Assembly (NCBI RefSeq): GCF_001481685.1
Contig: NZ_CP006867.1
Span: forward strand, 450,001 to 482,000
Reading direction: 5' to 3'
DNA: 32,000 bases
Origin: Ignicoccus islandicus DSM 13165
GTDB lineage: Archaea > Thermoproteota > Thermoprotei_A > Sulfolobales > Ignicoccaceae
Of this stretch, positions 9,297-18,272 are shown one piece after another. The number at the start of each line of letters is the position of its first letter. Position 1 is the stretch's first letter. The notes beneath the pieces were generated by a model. It was not told the origin of the DNA. It searched no databases and worked only from the letters and a program-made list of their open reading frames with translations. The translations under genes were made by a program, and so were the position numbers.

Positions 9297-10154
9297 TAGC
9301 AGTCTATCGAGGAGTATAGCCATTATGCCTAGGAACATAGCTATCTTCGTGATTCTCCTAGCCTTAGCTGCTTCCGAGATGGGGTCGTTACTTCTCAGCA
9401 CCTTTACGATACTAAATATGGACAATAACGCGCCCGTTGACGTCAATGCTAAGAATATCGTTCCTAATCGAGTCCACATATAGCTGAGAGCTATTAAGGG
9501 GATACATGAGACTGTGAGCAGCAACGCTGCTAAGGCGGCTTTCTTAGGTCCCATTAAAACCGCTAAGGTTTTAACCGAGTTCTCTTTATCACCATAGTAA
9601 TCTTCAATACCCTTAACTACTTCTCGAGCTAGTGTGAGCGTAAACGTCAAGACTACTACGGGAATTATATAGAAAATTTCATCTAATTTTCCGAGTTTCT
9701 CAAGCACTGCCAATGCGCCATAGAAAATAGTTGCCGATGTAGAGAACGCTACAGTTAGGTTTCCTATGAAGCCTTTCCTCTTGAGAGTCTTTGAATAATG
9801 GTACATTAAGACGGCATTAGCGATCGCGAATGCCGTGGTAATTGGGCCGACTACTAATGGAAGTAAGGATCCGATTACGAATAGTAATAGGGCTGAATTA
9901 TAAGCGGCTTGAGGACTTATCCTCCCGGAAGGTAGAGGTCTCTCGGGCTTGTTTATTCTGTCTATCTCAACGTCGAAATAATCGTTTATTGCGTAACCAG
10001 CCGCTGCTATTGAGACAGCTGAAGCTATTGCAACAATAACTTGAAGATTAAGTTCGGTGCCCACTAGAAGAGCTCCAGCCAACACTCCCAGCGCCGTGCC
10101 CAGCAAATTGTGAACTCTGAAGAGCTCACCGTAGGCCTTCACCTTCTCGATCAA
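9273..10154 (-). CDS. UbiA-family prenyltransferase, probably digeranylgeranylglyceryl phosphate synthase
   Basis: 293 aa and polytopic, with UbiA motifs NDYFDVEIDRINKPERPLPSGRIS and a second Asp-rich region (GIEDYYGDKEN). The specific DGGGP synthase assignment is an inference from size and archaeal context. Confidence 0.75.
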   Translation of the reverse strand: MIEKVKAYGELFRVHNLLGTALGVLAGALLVGTELNLQVIVAIASAVSIAAAGYAINDYFDVEIDRINKPERPLPSGRISPQAAYNSALLLFVIGSLLPLVVGPITTAFAIANAVLMYHYSKTLKRKGFIGNLTVAFSTSATIFYGALAVLEKLGKLDEIFYIIPVVVLTFTLTLAREVVKGIEDYYGDKENSVKTLAVLMGPKKAALAALLLTVSCIPLIALSYMWTRLGTIFLALTSTGALLSIFSIVKVLRSNDPISEAAKARRITKIAMFLGIMAILLDRLLSLAFFRY

Positions 10155-10240
10155 AATTCATCCATGCAATTCACTGCTGAAAGATTTTAAACGAATACTT
10201 TCGATGCCGTTAGACAAGAGTTTAACCCCGAATCGATTGT

Positions 10241-10519
10241 ATGAGAACCTTGAGAGTAATCGAGTTTAAGAGGAATGGGTTCACCTTTACAATAGCAGGA
10301 GACGTATTAATAGTCTCGATTAGATTGAGTTTCGATGAAATAGCAATTTATCGAGGTCCATGGAGGGACCTCGAGCCACCACCGGATTGGGTAAGGGAGT
10401 TCTGGGAAGGACTTAAGCACCTCGAGCTTCAACGTTATTCAGCTAACCGGCTGATTAAGGGATGGGATGGAGTGAGTGCTCTTCGAACTAACCAAGCTCC
10501 TATACAAACTGAGCTATAA
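10241..10519 (+). CDS. hypothetical small protein
   Basis: A 92-aa ORF with an ATG start and no recognisable motif. Its 3' end overlaps the next gene by 44 nt. Confidence 0.35.
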   Translation: MRTLRVIEFKRNGFTFTIAGDVLIVSIRLSFDEIAIYRGPWRDLEPPPDWVREFWEGLKHLELQRYSANRLIKGWDGVSALRTNQAPIQTEL

Positions 10520-11567
10520 ATCGTGTACTAAGTGCGATCAATGCGCTGAACAGTGTCCTTGGTACCCCGCCTTTAAGCCTAGTGAAAGAGTAAAAGGAGA
10601 ACTAGAAGCGGTAATGCATTGCACTATGTGTGGTAGATGCGTACTAGCTTGTCCCCTAAGCGTACCAGTACACAAAAGGGTCTACGATTTGAGGGTCGAA
10701 GAAAATATTCTAGATAAAGAGTTAATAGAAATAAGAGAAAAATCTGAGGCCATCGGACATACGTTCGGAGTCAAGTGGTCTCCCGTCGTAAATAGGCTCA
10801 AGAACATGGGATACCGTGTTGATGAACCGGCCGAGTGGCTGTTCGTTCCATCGGCCTTCGACTCGTTACCCCAGTCATTTAACGATCTACTCTCTGAAGT
10901 ATGGTTACTCGAAAAGCTAGGTTACGATTTCACCCTCAGTTCCGTGATAGCAGAAGGGTTTGGAAACTTCATTTTCGATATGGCCGATATAGATTACTTC
11001 AAGAAGAAGGCGAAGCTACTATCAAAAATCGTTCGAGAGCTAGGGGTAAAGGGAATAATAATAGGGGAGTGTGGGGCCGACTACAAGGTCTGGCCTAGGT
11101 TACATTTATATATAGGTGAGAAAATCGATTTCGAAACGTTATTGTTTCCTCAAGCGATATATAGGAAGTTAGAGAAAGTGAGACCCGTCAGGAAGGTAAA
11201 GGGAATTGTTTCCTATCACGACCCTTGCGGACTGAGTAGGTACAACTTCGTGATCGATGAGCCAAGAGCAATACTTAAGAAAGTGTGTGAGAACTTCGTC
11301 GAAAGACCTCCTAAAGGGAAGAGACAGACGTGTTGCGGAGGCGGTGGAGGAGTATCTTTTTCGAGGAGGCTCGTTAACGATGCAATAAAGTTTATAGGTC
11401 CAAAGAAGGTCGAACAATTTAAAGGGGTAGATATAGTAGTTACTTCTTGTGCCAAGTGTAAGAGCATGCTCATGACTTACTCCCTCAGACTCAAAGGAGG
11501 GTTTAGAGTTCACAGGTTAAGTTACGTCGTGGCTTGGAGCATGGGATTAGAGGTTCCTCGGCCGTAA
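10476..11567 (+). CDS. Fe-S oxidoreductase, HdrD/GlpC/GlcF-like (2x 4Fe-4S plus CCG domains)
   Basis: CTKCDQCAEQCP and CTMCGRCVLACP ferredoxin motifs are followed by Cys-rich CCG-type regions (HDPCG ... CCGGGGG ... SCAKC). The GTG start is required to include the first cluster. Confidence 0.75.
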   Translation: MLFELTKLLYKLSYKSCTKCDQCAEQCPWYPAFKPSERVKGELEAVMHCTMCGRCVLACPLSVPVHKRVYDLRVEENILDKELIEIREKSEAIGHTFGVKWSPVVNRLKNMGYRVDEPAEWLFVPSAFDSLPQSFNDLLSEVWLLEKLGYDFTLSSVIAEGFGNFIFDMADIDYFKKKAKLLSKIVRELGVKGIIIGECGADYKVWPRLHLYIGEKIDFETLLFPQAIYRKLEKVRPVRKVKGIVSYHDPCGLSRYNFVIDEPRAILKKVCENFVERPPKGKRQTCCGGGGGVSFSRRLVNDAIKFIGPKKVEQFKGVDIVVTSCAKCKSMLMTYSLRLKGGFRVHRLSYVVAWSMGLEVPRP

Positions 11568-11606
11568 TTAGTTAAAACTATATCGGTGAGAGATTACCTT
11601 CGTAGT

Positions 11607-14249
11607 TTAAGTGTAGAGACCCTCGGAGTCATCCTCTCCGCTCATCGATCCCCTCGCATAGCTCACCCTCTCCTCATAGGATCGGGAACTTATCTTCATT
11701 AAGACCATCTCTCGGAGCCTCTGTAGGAGCTTTCTCTTGTCCTCCATTAAAACTACGTCGCTATAGGAATTAGCAACTATCACGTGCGCAAAGGGGCTTG
11801 GTACGTCTAGTGGACCAACGACCTCGATCTTCACTTCGCCCGAATGTATCCTCCTAACCGTCTCCTCAGCCGCGTCGATATTCATGTAGTCTTCGAGAAT
11901 TTCCCTGAGCGTTTCCTTGTAAACGGGAAAGTCCTTTATTTCCCTTACGACCTTAATGAGATGCTGTGCAGAGAGTTGTAGTCTCTCCGGACTCTTTTCC
12001 CTTCCCATGTACCTTTTCAGTATCATGAAGGAACGTTGAGCGCTATGTCTAAATCTCCTCTTGAAGAGCTCAGTTCTTTCCACGGCCTCTTCAACTAATT
12101 TCCTCAAGTTCTCTGGCGTAACCGCCGTCACTATTTGCATTGGGTCTAAAGATATATCGCCGGGAACGGTGAGCATGAAGCCGTAATCTGTAACAGTGAC
12201 GCTGACGTTAGTACCAGTAATTCGCCCTAACGCATAGGCATACGCCCTAGATAAAGCATCTATTCCTCTCCTACCTATTAAGTAATGGAAAATATAGTTC
12301 GTTCTCTCTGGCTCCTTCCATATCTCTATTAAATAAGTTGAGTCGCCCGGAACCACCCCTACGTAGCTCAGTTGCTCCCTTACGTATTCGAGGAGGGCCT
12401 TGGCAGCGTGGGGTTCCAGGTAATATTCTCTAATTAATTCTTCTTCGGTCATATTGGGTAACTTCTCCCTGAACTTAGCCATCTCTCTAGCTGAGTCGTA
12501 AGCTAAAGGTAGCATTTCGCTAAACCAAGCGGGAACAGTTGGTCTTTCGCTGGGCGCGGGTTCAACGAATATCTTCATACCGTTTGAATAAAGATACTTG
12601 TACGTCTTTCCGCTTAAGACGAACACGTCGCCGGGAACGAGGTTCTGTACAAATAGCTCCTCTACGTGTCCGAGGAGCCTCTTGGATTTCGCTTCGTAGA
12701 CCTTTACCTTACTTTCATCTGGTATAGTTCCCGCGTTCATCATGAATATCATTCTGGCTTGACGCTTCCTCTGGAGGACGTTCCTCTCCTTATCCCAGTA
12801 AAGCTTCGCGTAAACCTTCTCATCTTCTAGATTATATTCGCCCGCCAAGTATTTAATTACCGAGATGAAGTCGTTCCACTCCAACTCCCAATATGGATAA
12901 GCCCTCTTAGTGATTTCAAAGGCCTTTTCAAGCTCTATCTCACCATGTTCTATTGTAAGAGCAACTATGTGTTGGGCTAAGACGTCCAAGGGATTTCTCG
13001 GGATCCTAACTCTGTCTATCTTTCTCTCTAGGGCTAACTTAACCAGAACGGTGTTTTCCATGAGATCGTCTCTGTCGACTACAATTACCCTCCCCTTGGA
13101 AACCGCGTCTATCCTGTGTCCAGCTCTACCAACCCTCTGAAGGAGTCTGCTGACGCTTTTCGGGCTCGAAAGCAATACCACTAAGTCTACGTGGCCGATG
13201 TCTATACCCATTTCCAATGAGGTAGAGGTTACCACTACCTTCAATTCGCCTCTCTTCAACTTCTCCTCAACTTCCAATCTGACCTCTCGAGAGAGGGAAG
13301 AGTGATGTGCCTCTACCTTGTCTCCTAAACCTTCCTTCTCGAGGACTTGCTTGAGCTTAAACGCGACTTTCTCCGTTGAGTGTCTAGTATTCGTGAAAAC
13401 TATTACGCTTCTATGTTCCTTAACTAATTGAGCTAACTTCTCATATATAGCTCTGTTCAATTCGTCCGCGGAAGCGTTAACTATGTCTTCTACGGGACAA
13501 ATTACCCTTAGGTCTATGGGCTTGGCGAAGCGAGCGTCTACTATCCACACGTCCCTATCTTTCCCTACAAGGAACTTGGCAACGGTCTCCAAAGGGTGAA
13601 TTGTAGCTGAGAGCCCTATCCTAGTGAACTCTCCCGCCTTTAAGGCCAATCTCTCTAAAGTCAAGCTTAAGTGAGTACCTCTTTTACTAGAGGCCATTTC
13701 GTGGATTTCATCTACTATAACGAATTCTACCCCAGATAGCTTCTCGCTGAACTTCGTAGACGCAAGAGATATTGCCAAACTCTCAGGCGTGGTAATGAGA
13801 ATGTGAGGAGGTTTCCTTAATTGCTTCTGCTTCTCAGATGGAGGAGTGTCGCTTGACCTTATGCCTATTCTGATCTCTTGGGCTTCTATTCCCATTTCCC
13901 TCATTACTTGGGAAATGCCTTCCAATGGTTCCAAGAGGTTCCTCTTCATATCGTTGCCTAGTGCCCTAAGTGGGGAAACGTAAACCACATACACCTTATC
14001 CTCTAACTTTCCCTTAACGGCCTTTTCAAGCAAGTAATCTAATATACCTAGGAAAGCAGCTAAGGTCTTCCCAGTCCCGGTAGGGGAGGATATTAGGACG
14101 TTCTCATTTCTCTTTATTAGGCTTATGGCGCCTCTCTGAGGCGGGCTGAGTTCCTTGAACTTCCTTCTAAACCATTCCCTAACGTAAGGCTGGAGGGAAT
14201 TGAGTACTTCTTCGCTGGAGGGGAGTTCCTCCAGGACTCTTACTGACAT
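11607..14249 (-). CDS. lhr: Lhr-type ATP-dependent DEAD/DEAH-box helicase (Lhr-core)
   Basis: 880 aa. The N-terminus (VREWFRRKFKELSPPQRGAISLI ... SSPTGTGKT) matches Lhr. It has a DEIH box, SAT-type LSAT, QRVGRAGHR, and a long C-terminal Lhr-associated region. Confidence 0.85.
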   Translation of the reverse strand: MSVRVLEELPSSEEVLNSLQPYVREWFRRKFKELSPPQRGAISLIKRNENVLISSPTGTGKTLAAFLGILDYLLEKAVKGKLEDKVYVVYVSPLRALGNDMKRNLLEPLEGISQVMREMGIEAQEIRIGIRSSDTPPSEKQKQLRKPPHILITTPESLAISLASTKFSEKLSGVEFVIVDEIHEMASSKRGTHLSLTLERLALKAGEFTRIGLSATIHPLETVAKFLVGKDRDVWIVDARFAKPIDLRVICPVEDIVNASADELNRAIYEKLAQLVKEHRSVIVFTNTRHSTEKVAFKLKQVLEKEGLGDKVEAHHSSLSREVRLEVEEKLKRGELKVVVTSTSLEMGIDIGHVDLVVLLSSPKSVSRLLQRVGRAGHRIDAVSKGRVIVVDRDDLMENTVLVKLALERKIDRVRIPRNPLDVLAQHIVALTIEHGEIELEKAFEITKRAYPYWELEWNDFISVIKYLAGEYNLEDEKVYAKLYWDKERNVLQRKRQARMIFMMNAGTIPDESKVKVYEAKSKRLLGHVEELFVQNLVPGDVFVLSGKTYKYLYSNGMKIFVEPAPSERPTVPAWFSEMLPLAYDSAREMAKFREKLPNMTEEELIREYYLEPHAAKALLEYVREQLSYVGVVPGDSTYLIEIWKEPERTNYIFHYLIGRRGIDALSRAYAYALGRITGTNVSVTVTDYGFMLTVPGDISLDPMQIVTAVTPENLRKLVEEAVERTELFKRRFRHSAQRSFMILKRYMGREKSPERLQLSAQHLIKVVREIKDFPVYKETLREILEDYMNIDAAEETVRRIHSGEVKIEVVGPLDVPSPFAHVIVANSYSDVVLMEDKRKLLQRLREMVLMKISSRSYEERVSYARGSMSGEDDSEGLYT

Positions 14250-14299
14250 TTGAGACCCGAGCTAGTAAACGCCCGAAAGTTACACTAAAAATTAGACCT

Positions 14300-15793
14300 C
14301 TATTTGTGAAGACAATCGTAAGATAGGTACGTCTTGCTAGAAGTTTGCGTTCCATGACCCATTAGTCCTCCGACCTTCGGCACGATGACGACTGAATAGC
14401 ATATTTTATCGCCGTAATCCTTGACGAGCATGGTTAGGCTAGTTCCTTCAACTGGAACCTTTCCTATGAGTAGCTCTATCCCGCCGACGTTACTATTTAA
14501 TACCACGTCGTTTGACGTTAAGTTTCCTAGAGCTAATACGTGGTACTTCTTACCGTTAATTTCAACTACGCCTTGAATCCACGCGTAGCTCTGAGAGAGC
14601 ATTCCTAATGGTATTTCCTTCTTCCAACCGTCATTACCTACGAACAGTAACGTGAATCCCTTGGGACCTAACGCTATCAAACTTACTGAATTTATGTACC
14701 CCTTACCTTCGAAGTCGCCCATTCCTAGTAAGCTGTATAGCCCTGGAACGACTGCCGTTACGTTCTTCTTAGTAATCATATCAACGAGATTCAAAAGGAA
14801 CGCGTGCAAGTCTTGAGTAGCTCTCTGTATATAGAGTAAGTAAGGCTCGCTTACGCCGAATTCCTTTTCTAGGAACATTGGACCTTGAGTCGTTATTTGG
14901 AGCGAGGGTATTTGCAAGCTCATCTTAGTTTCTCCTTGCTTCCCCTTGTACCAGTAATGGATAACGGGTATTCCGGAGGTGGCGTACATGCCTATGCATC
15001 CGTCTCCGTTCATTGCGTCTGGTAGTACGTTAGCCGCACTAACGTTACCGAAGTCAAAGAAGTACTCGGAGACCTTCTTACCTCCATCGCTCATATTGTA
15101 GTAAGCACACGAACCATAGGTATCGTTGCCCTCTTTCCAAGTCTTCACGTTCCAAGCGTATACTTTCCCTTCCTTCACGTAATACGACAACATGCCGGAC
15201 GCGTTTAGCTCGTAAAGCTTCTCTAGTTTACTTCCATAGAGAGCATATAGGGTGTTATTTATTTGAACGAGGAGCTTGCCATTGTAAGTCTGATAGCTCA
15301 TGCTTCTAGGATCCATTATTGGTATCATTTCAGAAGTTAAATCGATGGAACCTATGGCCTTACCTCCCTTGTACGTTATCAATTTGTTTGCGCCGGTATT
15401 AGTCTTCAAGACTAAGAAGAAGGTCCCGTCCTCGTCAGGAGGCGTTAGGGGAGATGCTAACGTAACGTTTTCAAGCTCTTCGAATTCCTTCAACTTCAAT
15501 CTTAAGACGATCTCCTTAACCTTGGTTTGACCTTGTACTTTCGTTAGGGGTTGCATTGATCCTTGTTCCACGCTCTTTGTGAGTTCTTCAGTAGTTGCAG
15601 TTGCAGTGTGAGCAGTGGTCGTAGTTGTCTGGGTATTAGTTGTTGTTTGAACCGATCCGGTAGCTTTCGAGTGACCTCCAAGGAGTAAGATGCCTATCCC
15701 TATTATCGCTATAACTACTATCACTACTGAAACTATCATTAGCAACTTGTTTCCTTTCTGAAGTTTCTCAATGTTTATTTTCTCGTTGCTCAA
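14300..15793 (-). CDS. membrane-anchored extracellular protein, unknown function
   Basis: 497 aa with an N-terminal TM anchor (LLMIVSVVIVVIAIIGIGILLLGG), a Thr-rich linker (TTNTQTTTTTAHTATATTEE) and many N-x-S/T sequons in a beta-rich body. The start is a TTG (next in-frame ATG is at codon 19). No family was recognised. Confidence 0.6.
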   Translation of the reverse strand: MSNEKINIEKLQKGNKLLMIVSVVIVVIAIIGIGILLLGGHSKATGSVQTTTNTQTTTTTAHTATATTEELTKSVEQGSMQPLTKVQGQTKVKEIVLRLKLKEFEELENVTLASPLTPPDEDGTFFLVLKTNTGANKLITYKGGKAIGSIDLTSEMIPIMDPRSMSYQTYNGKLLVQINNTLYALYGSKLEKLYELNASGMLSYYVKEGKVYAWNVKTWKEGNDTYGSCAYYNMSDGGKKVSEYFFDFGNVSAANVLPDAMNGDGCIGMYATSGIPVIHYWYKGKQGETKMSLQIPSLQITTQGPMFLEKEFGVSEPYLLYIQRATQDLHAFLLNLVDMITKKNVTAVVPGLYSLLGMGDFEGKGYINSVSLIALGPKGFTLLFVGNDGWKKEIPLGMLSQSYAWIQGVVEINGKKYHVLALGNLTSNDVVLNSNVGGIELLIGKVPVEGTSLTMLVKDYGDKICYSVVIVPKVGGLMGHGTQTSSKTYLSYDCLHK

Positions 15794-16450
15794 AGCGTAA
15801 ATTCACCCCCATGAGGCGTAAACCCATATCACGGCATTTTAACTATCATGAGATCTTATACGAAATACTTTACCGTTCTTATCTGTTCAATCAATTTACC
15901 TATTTCCCTAAACAAGAACTCGAAACGTATTCAATTGACTTCAAAGTTATTCAGAGTCATAGAGTTTTCACCATCCCATGGTGAATCCCCATCTCCACCT
16001 CTTGTCCAAATTCATTTTTCCATTTACTCACAATTAATTCCATCATTTCCTCAACCTTAACCATTTGAATTCAGAAACAATGGTCTCCTTAAGAACCTTC
16101 AGTTTCTACCAGCCTTCCCAATTGTTAATTCCATTTCAATTAAATCATTCAACATCGTATTTGCAAAAGCAAATGCAATTTACCAATCCAGAGGTTATAC
16201 CATCAGTACGAGGTCCTTTCAAGATCGATCTTTACAATGAGAAGTTGCATTGAGGGGTTAATAAGCGATCATGAGAACCTTGATGATCATGGGGATTTCT
16301 ACTCTAACCTACCTTATACAAGCATATGCATGCATATATTGGACAACTACTTGAGTTTAAGTTCTGGAAGGGAAGGTGTGAATGTGGAAAGGTAAATGAG
16401 GGGAAAGGGTTAAAAGGTGAGAAAGAGGTTGTTTAAATAGGAGGGCAACG
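15794..16450 (+). promoter_or_regulatory. CRISPR leader / long AT-rich non-coding region
   Basis: 657 nt with no credible ORF, lying directly upstream of the first, perfectly conserved repeat. It contains a 14-nt palindrome (ATATGCATGCATAT, 16324-16337), a purine-rich tract (16366-16428) and a TATA-like box. Confidence 0.6.
16432..16439 (+). promoter_or_regulatory. TATA-box candidate for pre-crRNA transcription
   Basis: TTTAAATA ends 11 nt before repeat 1. A start site about 25 nt downstream would fall inside repeat 1, still upstream of its 8-nt handle. Confidence 0.4.
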
Positions 16451-17462
16451 GTAGAGATCCAATAGGGAATAGAAAGCGTTATACTACTCATGTACACTTT
16501 TATGCTTAACTGTGTAGAGATCCAATAGGGAATAGAAAGGCCAAGGCTCTGGCGGGTACACGATATATCTCGATTTTGTTGTAGAGATCCAATAGGGAAT
16601 AGAAAGATCATTAGCAACCAGTTTGGTAATGACGACCAACTTAAGGTAGAGATCCAATAGGGAATAGAAAGACTCCGCTTTGAAGCGTCATACGGAGTCT
16701 GGAGCATCGCGTAGAGATCCAATAGGGAATAGAAAGGCTTCCCCATTAATGTTCAACCACTACATTAGTGAAATAGTGGGTAGAGATCCAATAGGGAATA
16801 GAAAGACATTATTAGCTTTAGCTTCTCCGGAACTTCTCCGAGAACAGTAGAGATCCAATAGGGAATAGAAAGGAGGCCTCCCTCCATTGCGGTCGATACG
16901 TTTCTTTAGTCCTGTAGAGATCCAATAGGGAATAGAAAGTCGACTATCCTGATGCCGACCCTAACTTGAACTTTGACCCGAGTAGAGATCCAATAGGGAA
17001 TAGAAAGTTTTCGCTGAGTTTTGGTAATATCTCGACGTCAATGGGGTCGTAGAGATCCAATAGGGAATAGAAAGTCCAGTTTGTCACCAGTTTCTTTACC
17101 ATCAACGATTGTAGAGATCCAATAGGGAATAGAAAGTACTTGGCGAGCTCCCACAGAAGCTCAACGAAGTGTAGAGATCCAATAGGGAATAGAAAGCCTT
17201 TAAGCCAATTTCAGGAGCTTTGTTATCTCCTTTTTGTAGAGATCCAATAGGGAATAGAAAGTTTTCTTCCCTCCCCGCCCCCCTAGACAGAGAAATAGCG
17301 TAGAGACCCAATAGGGAATAGAAAGCATGTTAAACCAACTACACAACATATTTAAACAAGTGAAGGAAGTAGAGACCCAATAGGGAATAGAAAGGCGCTT
17401 AAGTGAGATACTGAAGGTCAAGAAGTTGCTGGATGAGTAGAGGTCCAATATGGAATAGGGAG
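16451..17462 (+). CRISPR. CRISPR array with 16 repeats of 26 nt and 15 spacers (34-43 nt)
   Basis: The repeat is GTAGAGATCCAATAGGGAATAGAAAG. Repeats start at 16451, 16514, 16581, 16646, 16711, 16780, 16847, 16914, 16982, 17049, 17111, 17171, 17236, 17300, 17369 and 17437. Repeats 14-15 carry T8C, and repeat 16 has 4 mismatches (GTAGAGGTCCAATATGGAATAGGGAG). Plus-strand orientation is inferred from the ATAGAAAG 3' end (crenarchaeal 8-nt handle type) and from repeat decay at the right-hand end. Confidence 0.97.
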
Positions 17463-17483
17463 TACAGAATATGATATAAGAAA

Positions 17484-18272
17484 TTAAAAAGAGGCAGAAA
17501 GTACGTATCTGTAAAGTTCCTGAGGATTCACATTGTTTAGCCAACTGTATTTACTCAGAAATTCATCTACGTCGTATCCCCTTTCTCGGAGAGATAGTCT
17601 AATGTACTTAGAGGGGGTTTGAGGCGTATCCCTCAATTCTCCTCTGTATAAGAACGCCGCTAAGCTATCTGCCAAGCTAATCAACCCGCTCATGACATAA
17701 GAGAGCTTCAAGTAGTAAGGGCCCATTTGGTAAACGTCTCTATTAACGAAGTTTTGTAGTACGTCTCTCGCAGAATATCCTCCGATTGACCAGTAGTCCT
17801 TGCTCTCGGGCGACTCTATTCTCAAGACTTTCCATAATTTCATTCTCTCTAATCCAATAGCTTTGTAGATGGATCTCTCATCGAGTAAGCACTCGCTAAC
17901 CATCCTCATAGCATGGTGGTGGTTGAGAACCGAGTACTCAATTACCATCCAATCGTTTCGTTCAAGCCCTAGTTCCTTGTACACCTTGTTATACTCCATT
18001 TCCTTAAGTATTAGGAACGAAAGGACCTCGTGGCACTTGAAGCTGACCTTATCGTCTCCTTTAACGTACCTCTCGTAGCTTCTCTCATTGGCCTTACCTA
18101 AGTCATGAAAGAGCGCGCTTAGGGTCGCTATCTTAAGGACAGTAGATCTCTCCTTTTGGAGATACTCGAGTTCTCGTTCGAATACCCTAAGTGTAATGAA
18201 GGCCGTCCTGAGTAAGTGATCCTCTAGTGGTTCAACTCGATTGCCTTCAGCGTAAGCTATTGGCCATACCAT
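17484..18272 (-). CDS. cas3'': Cas3'' HD nuclease (subtype I-A split Cas3)
   Basis: The HD-domain motifs are H..(HLLRTAF) ... LSALFHDLGK ... NHHHAM. The track ORF extends to 18374. The ATG at 18272 (MVWPIAYAEG) overlaps the cas3' stop by 16 nt and is the likely start. Confidence 0.85.
   Translation of the reverse strand: MVWPIAYAEGNRVEPLEDHLLRTAFITLRVFERELEYLQKERSTVLKIATLSALFHDLGKANERSYERYVKGDDKVSFKCHEVLSFLILKEMEYNKVYKELGLERNDWMVIEYSVLNHHHAMRMVSECLLDERSIYKAIGLERMKLWKVLRIESPESKDYWSIGGYSARDVLQNFVNRDVYQMGPYYLKLSYVMSGLISLADSLAAFLYRGELRDTPQTPSKYIRLSLRERGYDVDEFLSKYSWLNNVNPQELYRYVLSASF

Noticed and set aside
15848-16253. Two plus-strand ORFs (70 and 62 aa) in the region upstream of the array
   Set aside because: The translations are low-complexity and AT-rich, with no RBS or promoter logic and no motif. 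They are best explained as non-coding leader.
16280-16292. UGAUGA (C-box-like) sequence, suggesting a C/D box sRNA in the leader
   Set aside because: No CUGA D box lies within 50-70 nt downstream, and the purine preceding the C box is missing. A minus-strand AATGATGG candidate at about 16040 has its nearest CUGA about 96 nt away.
16477-17436. Self-targeting spacers (a match of any of the 15 spacers elsewhere in this window)
   Set aside because: No match was found by eye. This needs a proper alignment search against the whole genome and viral databases, so it is not claimed.
16357-17544. Track ORFs 16357-16746, 17102-17311 and 17200-17544 (minus strand), with recurring SIPYWISTL / FYSLLDLY peptides
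   Set aside because: They are translations of the CRISPR repeat in different frames. The periodic peptide is the repeat itself, so these are not genes.
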